Positions 49,851 through 59,023 of a stretch of 64,000 nt of DNA are shown here, in pieces. The notes beneath the pieces are model-generated. The model did no database searches, was not told where the DNA came from, and worked only from the letters and a program-made list of their open reading frames with translations. This DNA comes from Bacteroidales bacterium (GTDB lineage: Bacteria > Bacteroidota > Bacteroidia > Bacteroidales > JAQXIO01), in NCBI GenBank assembly GCA_029007825.1, contig JAQXIO010000053.1:28156-92155 (forward strand), in the 5' to 3' direction. Position 1 is the first letter of the stretch, and each line of letters starts with the position of its first letter. Made by a program: the position numbers and the translations under genes.

Positions 49851-50159
49851 TTACGCTTCACCGGGCTTACCGAAAGGAATAACGGGTATCTGGTCTGCCG
49901 GCAAAGTAATTTCTCCGAACTGATTTTCGTATTTTACGATGTTTTCATTCAATGCCATCAGGAGACGCTTTGCATGTTCGGGAGTAAGGATGATACGACT
50001 TTGTACCCGGGCTTTCGGTATTCCGGGCATGATCCGCACGAAATCCAATACGAACTCGGACGAGGAGTGTGCAATAATGGCAAGGTTGGAATAGGTTCCC
50101 TGCGCTACTTCATCGTTCAGTTCTATCTGGATATTGTTTTGTTGTTCGTTCGTTGGCAT
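49851..50159 (-). CDS. DUF3467-like protein
   Basis: 102 aa. YSNLAIIAHSSSEFVLDFVRIMPG is typical of DUF3467. Confidence 0.6.
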   Translation of the reverse strand: MPTNEQQNNIQIELNDEVAQGTYSNLAIIAHSSSEFVLDFVRIMPGIPKARVQSRIILTPEHAKRLLMALNENIVKYENQFGEITLPADQIPVIPFGKPGEA

Positions 50160-50170
50160 ACTATTTTATT

Positions 50171-51241
50171 TTAGTTCAGATTTAATGCAGCTAATATTTT
50201 TTTATCGGCCTCTCCCACCCATTTACGAAACGTTTCGTTGGGCTGATACGAGGGGATATAATCGAGTAAGGCGGAGAGGTTAAATTTTCTCGAAGAGAAT
50301 CCGGCTTTTACATTTTTCGCGTCAAAGGCATTGCATTCCTGCTCTATGTGCGTGGGCACCATCATCACGGGTTTCTGCAGGTAGAGGGCTTCACATACCG
50401 ACTCGAATCCTGCCGTGGTGGCATATCCCCTGCATCCTGCCATGTATTCGATAAAGAGCCTGTCGTTCAGCCTATGAAACGAGAGATTGTCATCGATTTT
50501 CAACGTGTCGGGAACGTCTTTCTTATCCCAGAAGAAATGGATGGGGATATCGGGGTGTTCGTTATGCCATTCGATAATTTCTTCGGAGAAACCGCTGTTG
50601 AGCATATAGCCATGCAGGTAATCGCCTTCTACGGATTCCAGTTCCAGCACCTCTTTCCGTAAAAGAGGGGGCACTACTTCTATACGCCATTTCGGATCGG
50701 GCGGAAGAGTATAAAAAGAGAGTGCCAACCGTTTTACGGCGTTCCGCGACGTGAGCAACGAAAAGAAATTGAGTGTCCGGAATTCGGCGGCTTTACTTCC
50801 AGGAAATTTGAATTTCGAATGTAAAAAGATGTACTGATGGGCAATCGCTATCATTTTCACCTTCGGCTTATAAAGCGTATATACGAGTCCTGTTATGAGT
50901 TCGTAGAAGTTGATTACGATGTCGGCACCGGATTTATCGATTTCCCTCCGGACGATCCGCAAGCTTTTCATATAATGTCCCAAATTCGAGATGTTGTATG
51001 AGATAGTGCGCAAGACATTCACTTTCTTATTGTGTGCGCTGGGGAGGAAATTGGGACTACTGAAAACGCGCGTAGGTACCGTTACTTTTTCCGAAAAAAA
51101 ATTGGGGAGCTGACGTGTAGGACTTTTACCGACCAAAACACGTACTACTTCATGTCCGTTCGCTTCGAGCATATACTTTAATGCGATCGCCTGCGTGAAG
51201 TGGCCTCTTCCTTCTCCCTGAATAACAAAAAGTACCTTCAT
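50171..51241 (-). CDS. GT-B glycosyltransferase, MurG/GT28-GT1-like
   Basis: The N-terminal VIQGEGRGHFTQAIAL corresponds to the G-rich loop of MurG-like enzymes. The C-terminal part carries TTAGFESVCEALYLQKPVMMVP. Confidence 0.78.
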   Translation of the reverse strand: MKVLFVIQGEGRGHFTQAIALKYMLEANGHEVVRVLVGKSPTRQLPNFFSEKVTVPTRVFSSPNFLPSAHNKKVNVLRTISYNISNLGHYMKSLRIVRREIDKSGADIVINFYELITGLVYTLYKPKVKMIAIAHQYIFLHSKFKFPGSKAAEFRTLNFFSLLTSRNAVKRLALSFYTLPPDPKWRIEVVPPLLRKEVLELESVEGDYLHGYMLNSGFSEEIIEWHNEHPDIPIHFFWDKKDVPDTLKIDDNLSFHRLNDRLFIEYMAGCRGYATTAGFESVCEALYLQKPVMMVPTHIEQECNAFDAKNVKAGFSSRKFNLSALLDYIPSYQPNETFRKWVGEADKKILAALNLN

Positions 51242-52074
51242 CCTTTTTCCATTAGCAGAAATTCTTCCGATTTGTCCGTTTCATATTTTTTGCAAAAGTC
51301 CTCATAATAGAGAATTTCCCATGTTCCATCCACTTTCTCTACCAATGCAGAGAGTGTTTCCACCCAATCTCCGGAGTTCAGATAGTGTACTTTACCGTAA
51401 AATGTGTTGGCGGGATGGTGTATATGGCCGCAAATAATGCCGTCAAAACGGAGTTCCCGTGCCAAAGCTACTAATTCTTTCTCAAAATCGGAAATATATG
51501 AGACCGCCGATTTTACCTTTTGTTTCACCGATTGTGCCAACGAATAGTAAGGTTTCCCTTTTTTCTGCCTGTATCTGTTGTAATACTTATTGATCCACAG
51601 CAAAATAGAGTATCCGATGTCTCCCAGTTTCGCGAGCCACCGCATGTGGGTAGTAACGGAATCGAACACATCTCCGTGCAACACGAAATAACGTTTTCCG
51701 CAACTTTCGTATATATAGTCTTTCACAATGGATATCTGGGCGAACTGAAAAGGGAGTACCTGATCGAGAAAGTCGTCATGGTTACCGCGCACATACACAA
51801 TGCGGGTACCGTTTTTATACATGATTTTCATCAGGATTTTCAAAAAGTTGGTATAACTTTTTTTCCATTTCACCCCGTTTTTTTTCAACTTCCATCCGTC
51901 GATAATATCTCCGTTAAGAATCAATGTCGCACAATTTACCGATTTCAGAAATGTTATTACTTCTTTGAACTTGGAATATTCAGACCCGATATGGATGTCG
52001 GAGAGAACAATGGTCTGAAAAAAGGGACGATACGCCATATGCTTTATTTTTCGTACTACAAAGGTACTGCCCAT
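51238..52074 (-). CDS. LpxH-family metallophosphoesterase (UDP-2,3-diacylglucosamine diphosphatase-like)
   Basis: Calcineurin-like motifs SDIHIG, NGDIIDGW, GNHD, HGD and GHIH. The true start may be MAYRPFF at 52038. Overlaps the downstream GT by 4 nt. Confidence 0.8.
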   Translation of the reverse strand: MGSTFVVRKIKHMAYRPFFQTIVLSDIHIGSEYSKFKEVITFLKSVNCATLILNGDIIDGWKLKKNGVKWKKSYTNFLKILMKIMYKNGTRIVYVRGNHDDFLDQVLPFQFAQISIVKDYIYESCGKRYFVLHGDVFDSVTTHMRWLAKLGDIGYSILLWINKYYNRYRQKKGKPYYSLAQSVKQKVKSAVSYISDFEKELVALARELRFDGIICGHIHHPANTFYGKVHYLNSGDWVETLSALVEKVDGTWEILYYEDFCKKYETDKSEEFLLMEKG

Positions 52075-52127
52075 GTATTACGATAGCGATACAGAGTTGT
52101 TTCATCCGTTTTAAAATAAAAGGCTGT

Positions 52128-53207
52128 TTATCCGGCTTTGCGGGCATTAAATTTTCTTATGACCGCATTTATCCACCGCCCCAGAAGAATCAGGCAAATA
52201 CAGCTTCCGGTCACAAACAGCGTTCCGAGCAATACGGTAACTACCGGAGGGATACCTGCGCCACATTCCGTGAGCTTTAAAAACAATTGCAGCAAGGGCA
52301 TATGCAACAGATAGATATAAAAGCTTTCTTTCGTAAGAAAGCGGAGTGCAGAAGATGAAAAGAGCTTCTTATTTTCTCTGTCTATCCAAAGGAATATATA
52401 GTAAAAGAAAAAGACCGTAACCAGTGATATTGCGTAGGATAGGAATGTATTTGCTGGCAACAGAAATCCGGCGTACTGTGCCGCCAGTGTCAGCAGAAAG
52501 GTTCCGATGAAAAGAGAGAGGCGGTATTCGCCCAAGAGAAGTTTTTCTACGGATAAACGAATGCGATAAAAGAGCATCCCGACGTAAAAAAAGAGAAGAA
52601 AATAGGGCGATTCGGCAAAGCAGAACCATTGCCATTTCTGAAAATCCGCGCTTGTTACGGAGAGGTACCCTATGACAGCAAAAAGCGCAACGCCCAACCA
52701 CCAGGGGAGCTGGGTAATTATTTTACGCAGAAGTATAAAAGCGAGCGAAACCCAAAAGAGCATCCAGAGAAACCACAAATGGTCGGTAAAAGTTCCTGTT
52801 ACCACCCTCAGCAAATCGGTCCATGCTTCACCTTGTCTGTTGTGTGCCGGAAAATCAAATAACAGATAGGTAGGCCACAGATATAAAATGCTCCAAAGAT
52901 AATAGGGTTTTAAAAGGCGTTTTGCCCTGTTCCGTATTTCACTTACCGGTTTTCTCTGTGCCGTTTCCTGTTTAAAGGCAAACAGGAAACCGGAAGCAAA
53001 TACAAATCCGGGGATGAGAAATGTAACGAATACAAAAGATAAACCACGAAAAAAAGCGGAGTGTTCGGGTGAATAGAGCTTCCAATAAGGATTTTCACCC
53101 GGTTGGATATAAATCAGCGACATATGGGCTACAATTACCCCTAAAAGGCAAAAGAGTTTCAACCAATCGATTTCCCGAAACTCTGTCTTCTTAACCGTTT
53201 CTTTCAT
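52128..53207 (-). CDS. acyltransferase-3 family membrane protein
   Basis: 359 aa, about 10 TM, N-terminal FREIDWLKLFCLLGVIVAHM. Confidence 0.8.
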   Translation of the reverse strand: MKETVKKTEFREIDWLKLFCLLGVIVAHMSLIYIQPGENPYWKLYSPEHSAFFRGLSFVFVTFLIPGFVFASGFLFAFKQETAQRKPVSEIRNRAKRLLKPYYLWSILYLWPTYLLFDFPAHNRQGEAWTDLLRVVTGTFTDHLWFLWMLFWVSLAFILLRKIITQLPWWLGVALFAVIGYLSVTSADFQKWQWFCFAESPYFLLFFYVGMLFYRIRLSVEKLLLGEYRLSLFIGTFLLTLAAQYAGFLLPANTFLSYAISLVTVFFFYYIFLWIDRENKKLFSSSALRFLTKESFYIYLLHMPLLQLFLKLTECGAGIPPVVTVLLGTLFVTGSCICLILLGRWINAVIRKFNARKAG

Positions 53208-53220
53208 ATAAAAACAACTA

Positions 53221-54294
53221 TCAACCTACAATATATTTGCTTTTAGGCAAATAGGAGAGCAATTTTATTACCAGATAAGAGACTATAAAAGTCAATATGG
53301 AAATAAGCGGAATTTTAATAGCTGGCGTTTCGATCCACGGGTCGAAAGCAGCAAAAAAGAGATTCAATATCATAATGTGGAGCAGGTATATTCCGTAGCT
53401 GAGCTCGGACATGCTCGTAATCAGGCGAAGGAAGGGCGACTGCAGATTTTTGAAACGGATATTCTTGACAATCAGAAACAGGCCGAGGCTCATCATCGCT
53501 ACATTGATCGTTCCATATCCCCATGTCAATTCCAAATCCCATACGAAGGGGGCAAAGCCGAGACGATAAGCAAAACCTCCTGCGGTTGCGGCATATCCGA
53601 CTATTATGAGCAGCAGTGCTACCGGGAGATTCCATGCTTTCTTTTCCATCCAATAGCGTTTTATATAAAATGCCAGCACCATGTAGCCCAGCAGTCCGGA
53701 GAAATAATACAACAAGGGGGTAGGGTTCCAGAAACATTCACCCAGAACAGCAGGAAAGATCCGATGGATATAGGGCAAAAACAAGGTGAAAGCCCACAAA
53801 CAGAGATAAAATTCCAGATTTCTACGGGATACCGAATTCAACCACGGCGATATAACCGGTGCCACCAGATAGAGGCCGATCAGCATATAGACGTACCATA
53901 AATGTCCTACATCCACGCCGAAATTAACCGGAATTTTCAGAATATTCATCAAAGCGCCCGAAAGCGTTACCTGTCCCATTACCATATGATAGAAGGCATA
54001 GAGTACGCACCATACGACAAAAGGAATCACGACACGGGTAAAACGCTTCTTAAAAAAGATTCCCAGACTTTCCTTTACCGGCAGCAGGAAGAAGCCGGAT
54101 AACATGACAAACAGAGGAACCGCAGAACGGAACAACGAATTGTATATATCCACCCAATAGGCTGCACTTCCATTTATTACGGCGCCATCGGCCCCAATAT
54201 AGTAATACTCGCCTGCATGTACCTGAATCACCATATAGCATGCCAATACCCTCAAGAGATCGAGCGCATGATTTCTTTTTCCTATCTGTTCCAT
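53221..54294 (-). CDS. acyltransferase-3 family membrane protein
   Basis: ALDLLRVLACYMVIQVH motif. Start set at MEQIGKR (54294) because the -7 box at 54331-54324 lies downstream of the ORF-track start at 54342. Confidence 0.8.
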   Translation of the reverse strand: MEQIGKRNHALDLLRVLACYMVIQVHAGEYYYIGADGAVINGSAAYWVDIYNSLFRSAVPLFVMLSGFFLLPVKESLGIFFKKRFTRVVIPFVVWCVLYAFYHMVMGQVTLSGALMNILKIPVNFGVDVGHLWYVYMLIGLYLVAPVISPWLNSVSRRNLEFYLCLWAFTLFLPYIHRIFPAVLGECFWNPTPLLYYFSGLLGYMVLAFYIKRYWMEKKAWNLPVALLLIIVGYAATAGGFAYRLGFAPFVWDLELTWGYGTINVAMMSLGLFLIVKNIRFKNLQSPFLRLITSMSELSYGIYLLHIMILNLFFAAFDPWIETPAIKIPLISILTFIVSYLVIKLLSYLPKSKYIVG

Positions 54295-54323
54295 TTTATT
54301 TGTTCCGGTGTTATTCGTATTTC

Positions 54324-54331
54324 CAAATATA
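54324..54331 (-). promoter_or_regulatory. candidate -7 box for the envelope cluster
   Basis: The minus strand reads TATATTTG about 30 nt upstream of the ATG at 54294. Confidence 0.45.
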
Positions 54332-54650
54332 ACTAAAAACAATGCTTTTCATGAAGGTTACTTCTTTATTGCCCGGATATTCATACTGCAAAATACCGGG
54401 AAGTTCCGGTAAAGCCGTCCGACTTCCGTTAACCAACCATAAGCTGGGCATTTAATCCTGTTTCAAAGATAACCGTTTTATGCAGATTATAATAGCAGAA
54501 ACGCAATATTTCTGTTCCTATTTAAACCATAATATGCTACCGATATAAGCAGACAATATCATCTTTTTCATTACCTGTTGAGGTCTTATATCTGTTTACA
54601 ATAAAATAAGTCCTGAATGATTACCGGAATCCGAGGAGAAGAAAATACTT

Positions 54651-55589
54651 CTATTTTCCGGTATTTTCCTTTTCTTTCCGGTAAGCTTCCATTTGTGCGC
54701 GGCTACGGCTTTGCGTAACCATAAAAACGCCCCAGAAAACAAGGATTACCGCCAATACCTTTAAAAGATCGAAGGTGTCCAGTCCCCAGTATATCGCCAT
54801 AATACTGGCGACTACCGGCTGCACATAGTTATACATGGTGGCTACGGTGGGACGGAGTATGCGCTGACCTATCGGGACAAGCAGATAGCTGATAAAAGTT
54901 CCACCGAATACGACCAGTGCTATTCCGAGCAGTATATCAGTATCTACCGCCGTCCAATCAATTGCAATAAATTCGTTATACGAAAACGGGATAATGCAAA
55001 TAGAGGCATAAGTAAACATCCATTTCATCAATGTAACAGGGGAATAACGGCTTATCAGCCCTTTAAACAATACAATGTATAAAGAGAAGCTCAATTGTGC
55101 GAGCAAACAAAGCAGGTCGCCCCATATATTGCTGCTATTCCCGTTCGCCATGTGCTGCCCGCTCATAACCAGCAACAATGCTCCCGAGGCACCCAGAAAG
55201 ATACCGAGCACCTTTTTCCCGGTCACCGGTTCTTTCAGATAAAATGCGGCAATTACCATTGTTATAATGGGCGTGCTCGTAGTTATTATAGAGGCATCGA
55301 TAGGCGAAGTCAGGCCTACCCCGAACAGGAACGATCCCTGATTAAAAATGATGCCGAGCAGGGATGCAAAAAAGAGCTTTGTCAAATCGGAATGTGTTAC
55401 ATGCTCTTGTTTTGTAAACAACGATGCGATCCAGAAGAGAAGGGTAGCGCCCCAGATGCGCAGGTCGGTTAAAACGAGCGGCGTTACGGCACTGCTTATC
55501 AGCACCATTTTCGCCACGGGGGACATCAGTCCCCACATCATATTGGCCCCGATCATAGACAAATGTCCCTTTAATCCCTCAATTTTCAT
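54651..55589 (-). CDS. DMT superfamily (EamA-like) transporter
   Basis: 312 aa, 10 TM, arranged as two EamA-type halves. Confidence 0.88.
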   Translation of the reverse strand: MKIEGLKGHLSMIGANMMWGLMSPVAKMVLISSAVTPLVLTDLRIWGATLLFWIASLFTKQEHVTHSDLTKLFFASLLGIIFNQGSFLFGVGLTSPIDASIITTSTPIITMVIAAFYLKEPVTGKKVLGIFLGASGALLLVMSGQHMANGNSSNIWGDLLCLLAQLSFSLYIVLFKGLISRYSPVTLMKWMFTYASICIIPFSYNEFIAIDWTAVDTDILLGIALVVFGGTFISYLLVPIGQRILRPTVATMYNYVQPVVASIMAIYWGLDTFDLLKVLAVILVFWGVFMVTQSRSRAQMEAYRKEKENTGK

Positions 55590-55823
55590 CGTCGTGTATA
55601 TTCTTCACTTCTACCGGTTCCTGACAGCAAAATTAATTATTTATTATAATTCTCCCGCTTTTTCCGCCGAGGGATACCACATAAAACGTCTTTTACACAA
55701 ACAATACCCAACATAAAACCGACGGATATACATGACCCCGGTACCATAGGCAATTTTCCATATGCCCAAAAGAAAGCGATGTATCTTCCTGCGGCAGCCG
55801 TTCTGCGAACCATCATTTTTTCG

Positions 55824-55831
55824 TAAGTTTG
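55824..55831 (+). promoter_or_regulatory. candidate -7 box for aguA-aguB (near-leaderless)
   Basis: TAAGTTTG ends only 8 nt before the ATG at 55840. Confidence 0.45.
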
Positions 55832-55839
55832 CAAGCATA

Positions 55840-56877
55840 ATGAAAAAGAGTATCATCCAACTACCACCCGAGTGGGCAGAACAAGACGCGATTCAGCTTA
55901 CCTGGCCACACGAAGAGAGCGACTGGGCTCCCATGCTCGACGAAGTGGAGCAATGTTATACCGAACTTGCTCTTGCGATCATGCGTTACCAACCGCTTAT
56001 TATCGTTTGCAGGGATGCAGCTGCCGTCCGTTTACGGATGGGAAAATACGATCCGGACAAAGTCCATTTCATCGAACTACCAAGCAACGATACCTGGGCA
56101 CGCGACCACGGGGGTATATCCGTTTTCGAAGACGGAAAACCTGTATTGTGCGATTTTACATTTAACGGCTGGGGTATGAAATTCGCAGCGGACAAAGATA
56201 ACCTGATTACGCGGCGGATGTTCGAAGAAGCTATTTTCTCTCCGGAGGTATGTTATAAAAACTGCCTGCATTTCGTATTAGAGGGGGGCAGCATCGAGAC
56301 AGACGGCGAAGGCACTTTGCTCACAACCGCCGAGTGCTTGCTATCTCCGAACCGGAACGATTTTTTGACAAAAGAGGAGATCGAAAAAGAGTTGGGCCGT
56401 TTGTTGGGCTTCGACCGTTTTTTGTGGTTGAGCCACGGTTATCTCAGAGGGGACGACACCGACAGCCATATAGACACTTTAGCGCGCTTATGCGACCGGG
56501 AGACCATTGCATATGTGCGATGTACCGATGAAGGGGACGAGCATTACCCGGAATTGAAAGAGATGGAAAAAGAGTTACAGACATTCCGTACACGTGACGG
56601 CAAACCATACCGGCTTATCGCCCTGCCGATGGCCGACCGTGTGGAGTGCGACGGGGAACGATTGCCGGCAACTTACGCCAATTTCCTGATTTTAAACGGG
56701 GCGGTGCTGATGCCGACGTACAATTCGCCTAAAGACGACATTGCTTTGCAGCAGTTACAAAAAGCTTTTCCCGGCCGTAGCGTAACAGGCGTCAACTGCC
56801 TGCCTCTAATCAAGCAACACGGATCACTGCATTGTGTTACCATGCAGTATCCGAAAGGTTTTATTTACCCGAGATAA
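55840..56877 (+). CDS. aguA: agmatine deiminase
   Basis: LPPEWAEQDAIQLTWPH, NDTWARDHGG, and catalytic Cys in GSLHCVTMQ. Start set at MKKSIIQ. Confidence 0.92.
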   Translation: MKKSIIQLPPEWAEQDAIQLTWPHEESDWAPMLDEVEQCYTELALAIMRYQPLIIVCRDAAAVRLRMGKYDPDKVHFIELPSNDTWARDHGGISVFEDGKPVLCDFTFNGWGMKFAADKDNLITRRMFEEAIFSPEVCYKNCLHFVLEGGSIETDGEGTLLTTAECLLSPNRNDFLTKEEIEKELGRLLGFDRFLWLSHGYLRGDDTDSHIDTLARLCDRETIAYVRCTDEGDEHYPELKEMEKELQTFRTRDGKPYRLIALPMADRVECDGERLPATYANFLILNGAVLMPTYNSPKDDIALQQLQKAFPGRSVTGVNCLPLIKQHGSLHCVTMQYPKGFIYPR

Positions 56878-56887
56878 TTTACACATT

Positions 56888-57763
56888 ATGAAAATAGGAA
56901 TCATACAGGAAGCCATCGGAACCGACCGGAAAGAGAATATCCGGCGGTTATCGGAACATATTCGTTCGTGCGCCTCGGAGGGTGCCGAATTAGTGGTTTT
57001 ACAGGAGTTACACAATACGCCTTATTTCTGCCAGACGGAAGATCCGGCGAACTTTGACCTGGCGGAGAGTATTCCGGGCGAATCGACCGAGATTTACGGT
57101 TCCTTAGCCAGAGAACTGAATATCGTACTGGTTCTTTCGCTTTTCGAAAAGCGTGCAGCCGGGCTCTACCATAACACGGCGGTGGTGCTCGAACGCGACG
57201 GTTCAATAGCGGGGAAATACCGTAAAATGCATATACCGGACGATCCGGCTTATTACGAGAAGTTTTATTTTACTCCGGGCGATTTAGGTTTCGAGCCTAT
57301 CCAAACATCGGTGGGACGATTAGGCGTCTTAGTATGCTGGGACCAGTGGTATCCGGAAGCCGCCCGGATGATGGCACTTGCCGGAGCCGAATTGCTTATT
57401 TATCCTACTGCGATCGGATGGGAATCGACCGACACAAAGGATGAACAAACCCGGCAAACAGATGCCTGGGTTATCGCCCAACGCGCCCATGCAGTAGCGA
57501 ACGGTCTGCATGTGGTATCCGTCAACCGCACGGGCTATGAAGCCGATCCGTCCGGTGCCACCAACGGCATCCAGTTCTGGGGCAACAGCTTTATTGCCGG
57601 CCCGCAGGGTGAGTTACTGACTGTTTTACCTAACAACGAAGCTGCTCACACTGTAACCGAGATCGATTTCAAACGAACGGAAGAGGTCCGTAGGATGTGG
57701 CCGTTTTTCCGTGACCGGCGTATCGATGCTTTCGGCGAGCTGACCCAGCGTTACAGGAAATAA
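56888..57763 (+). CDS. aguB: N-carbamoylputrescine amidase (nitrilase superfamily)
   Basis: E-K-C triad context (VLQELHN, YRKMHIP, VLVCWDQWYPE). Adjacent to aguA. Start set at MKIGIIQ. Confidence 0.92.
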   Translation: MKIGIIQEAIGTDRKENIRRLSEHIRSCASEGAELVVLQELHNTPYFCQTEDPANFDLAESIPGESTEIYGSLARELNIVLVLSLFEKRAAGLYHNTAVVLERDGSIAGKYRKMHIPDDPAYYEKFYFTPGDLGFEPIQTSVGRLGVLVCWDQWYPEAARMMALAGAELLIYPTAIGWESTDTKDEQTRQTDAWVIAQRAHAVANGLHVVSVNRTGYEADPSGATNGIQFWGNSFIAGPQGELLTVLPNNEAAHTVTEIDFKRTEEVRRMWPFFRDRRIDAFGELTQRYRK

Positions 57764-57766
57764 AAA

Positions 57767-59023
57767 ATGGCACTCCGCATCATCCATACGGCCGACTGGC
57801 ATCTGGGGCAGACGTTTTTCGACTACGACCGGAGCGAGGAGCAACGTATCTTTCTGGAAAATCTGACCGACCAGCTAATTTATAACGATGCGGATGTCCT
57901 TCTGGTGGCAGGGGATGTCTTCGATACGGCCAATCCTTCAGCCGCCGCACAAACTATTTATTACGAATTTCTCCGGGAGGCGACGTCGCGTATGCCTCAC
58001 CTGCAAATCGTCATCATAGCCGGCAACCACGATTCGGCCGCACGTCTCGAAGCGCCACGTCCTCTTTTAGAAGAACTGAAGGTGCATATCGTCGGCACCG
58101 TGGAACGAAACGGCAACCACGATATAGATTTAAGAAAACACCTTATCCCCCTGTATGACCGGAAAGGGAGACGGGCGGCTACCTGCCTTGCCGTTCCTTT
58201 CCTGCGGCAAGGAGATTACCCGCCCGGAACGGACGGGAACAGCACCTATGCTGAGGGCGTAGCACGCATGTACCGTTGCCTGACCGATTTAGCGGAGAGA
58301 GAACGGAAGGGGGAGGAAGCTCTTATCGCTATGGGACATTTGCATGTCTCCGGTGCGGATTTATCGGTAAACGACCGCAGCGAACGTATCGTTATGGGTG
58401 GATTGGACGCTATCGGTGCAGAGATTTTCGACGAGCGTATCTCTTACACTGCGCTCGGGCACCTGCATAAAGCGCAACGGGCGGACAAAGCGGGTAAAGT
58501 ACGTTATTCGGGTTCTCCCCTGCCGATGTCGTTCGCCGAACGGAATTACCGCCACCGTCTCTATTTCCTTGCGTTCGAGGGGAAGAGTATCTCCGAATTC
58601 CGGGATATCGAACTGACGCCTCCCGCCCCGCTTCTCCGCGTCCCCCCTACTCCACAGCCTTTAGAGGCCGTTATCGAAGCTTTGTCGCAACTGCCGGATA
58701 GAAAGGAGGATGATACGCTGCTTCCCTATCTTGAAGTTCCCGTTGCCCTGACGGAGCCGGAACCGTCTCTCCGCCACCGCATAGAAGAGGCCGTGACGAA
58801 CAAAGCGGTGCGCCTCACTCCTCCCGTTCCTTATTATCCGAACCGGGAAGCGGTTTCCGATGCTCCTACGCTTACTTTTCAGGAGTTGCAGTCTATCGAT
58901 CCGAACGATCTACTGCAACGTGCGTTCAGAAGCCGCTACGGGGAAGAGCTTCCGAAAGAGCTTACGGAGCTTTTACAAGAGGTCGTACAGGATATTCACC
59001 TTTCAAATCCCGACGCTGTATGA
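57767..59023 (+). CDS. sbcD: exonuclease SbcCD, nuclease subunit D
   Basis: Mre11-type motifs HTADWHLG, AGDVFD, GNHD and GHLH. Confidence 0.93.
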   Translation: MALRIIHTADWHLGQTFFDYDRSEEQRIFLENLTDQLIYNDADVLLVAGDVFDTANPSAAAQTIYYEFLREATSRMPHLQIVIIAGNHDSAARLEAPRPLLEELKVHIVGTVERNGNHDIDLRKHLIPLYDRKGRRAATCLAVPFLRQGDYPPGTDGNSTYAEGVARMYRCLTDLAERERKGEEALIAMGHLHVSGADLSVNDRSERIVMGGLDAIGAEIFDERISYTALGHLHKAQRADKAGKVRYSGSPLPMSFAERNYRHRLYFLAFEGKSISEFRDIELTPPAPLLRVPPTPQPLEAVIEALSQLPDRKEDDTLLPYLEVPVALTEPEPSLRHRIEEAVTNKAVRLTPPVPYYPNREAVSDAPTLTFQELQSIDPNDLLQRAFRSRYGEELPKELTELLQEVVQDIHLSNPDAV

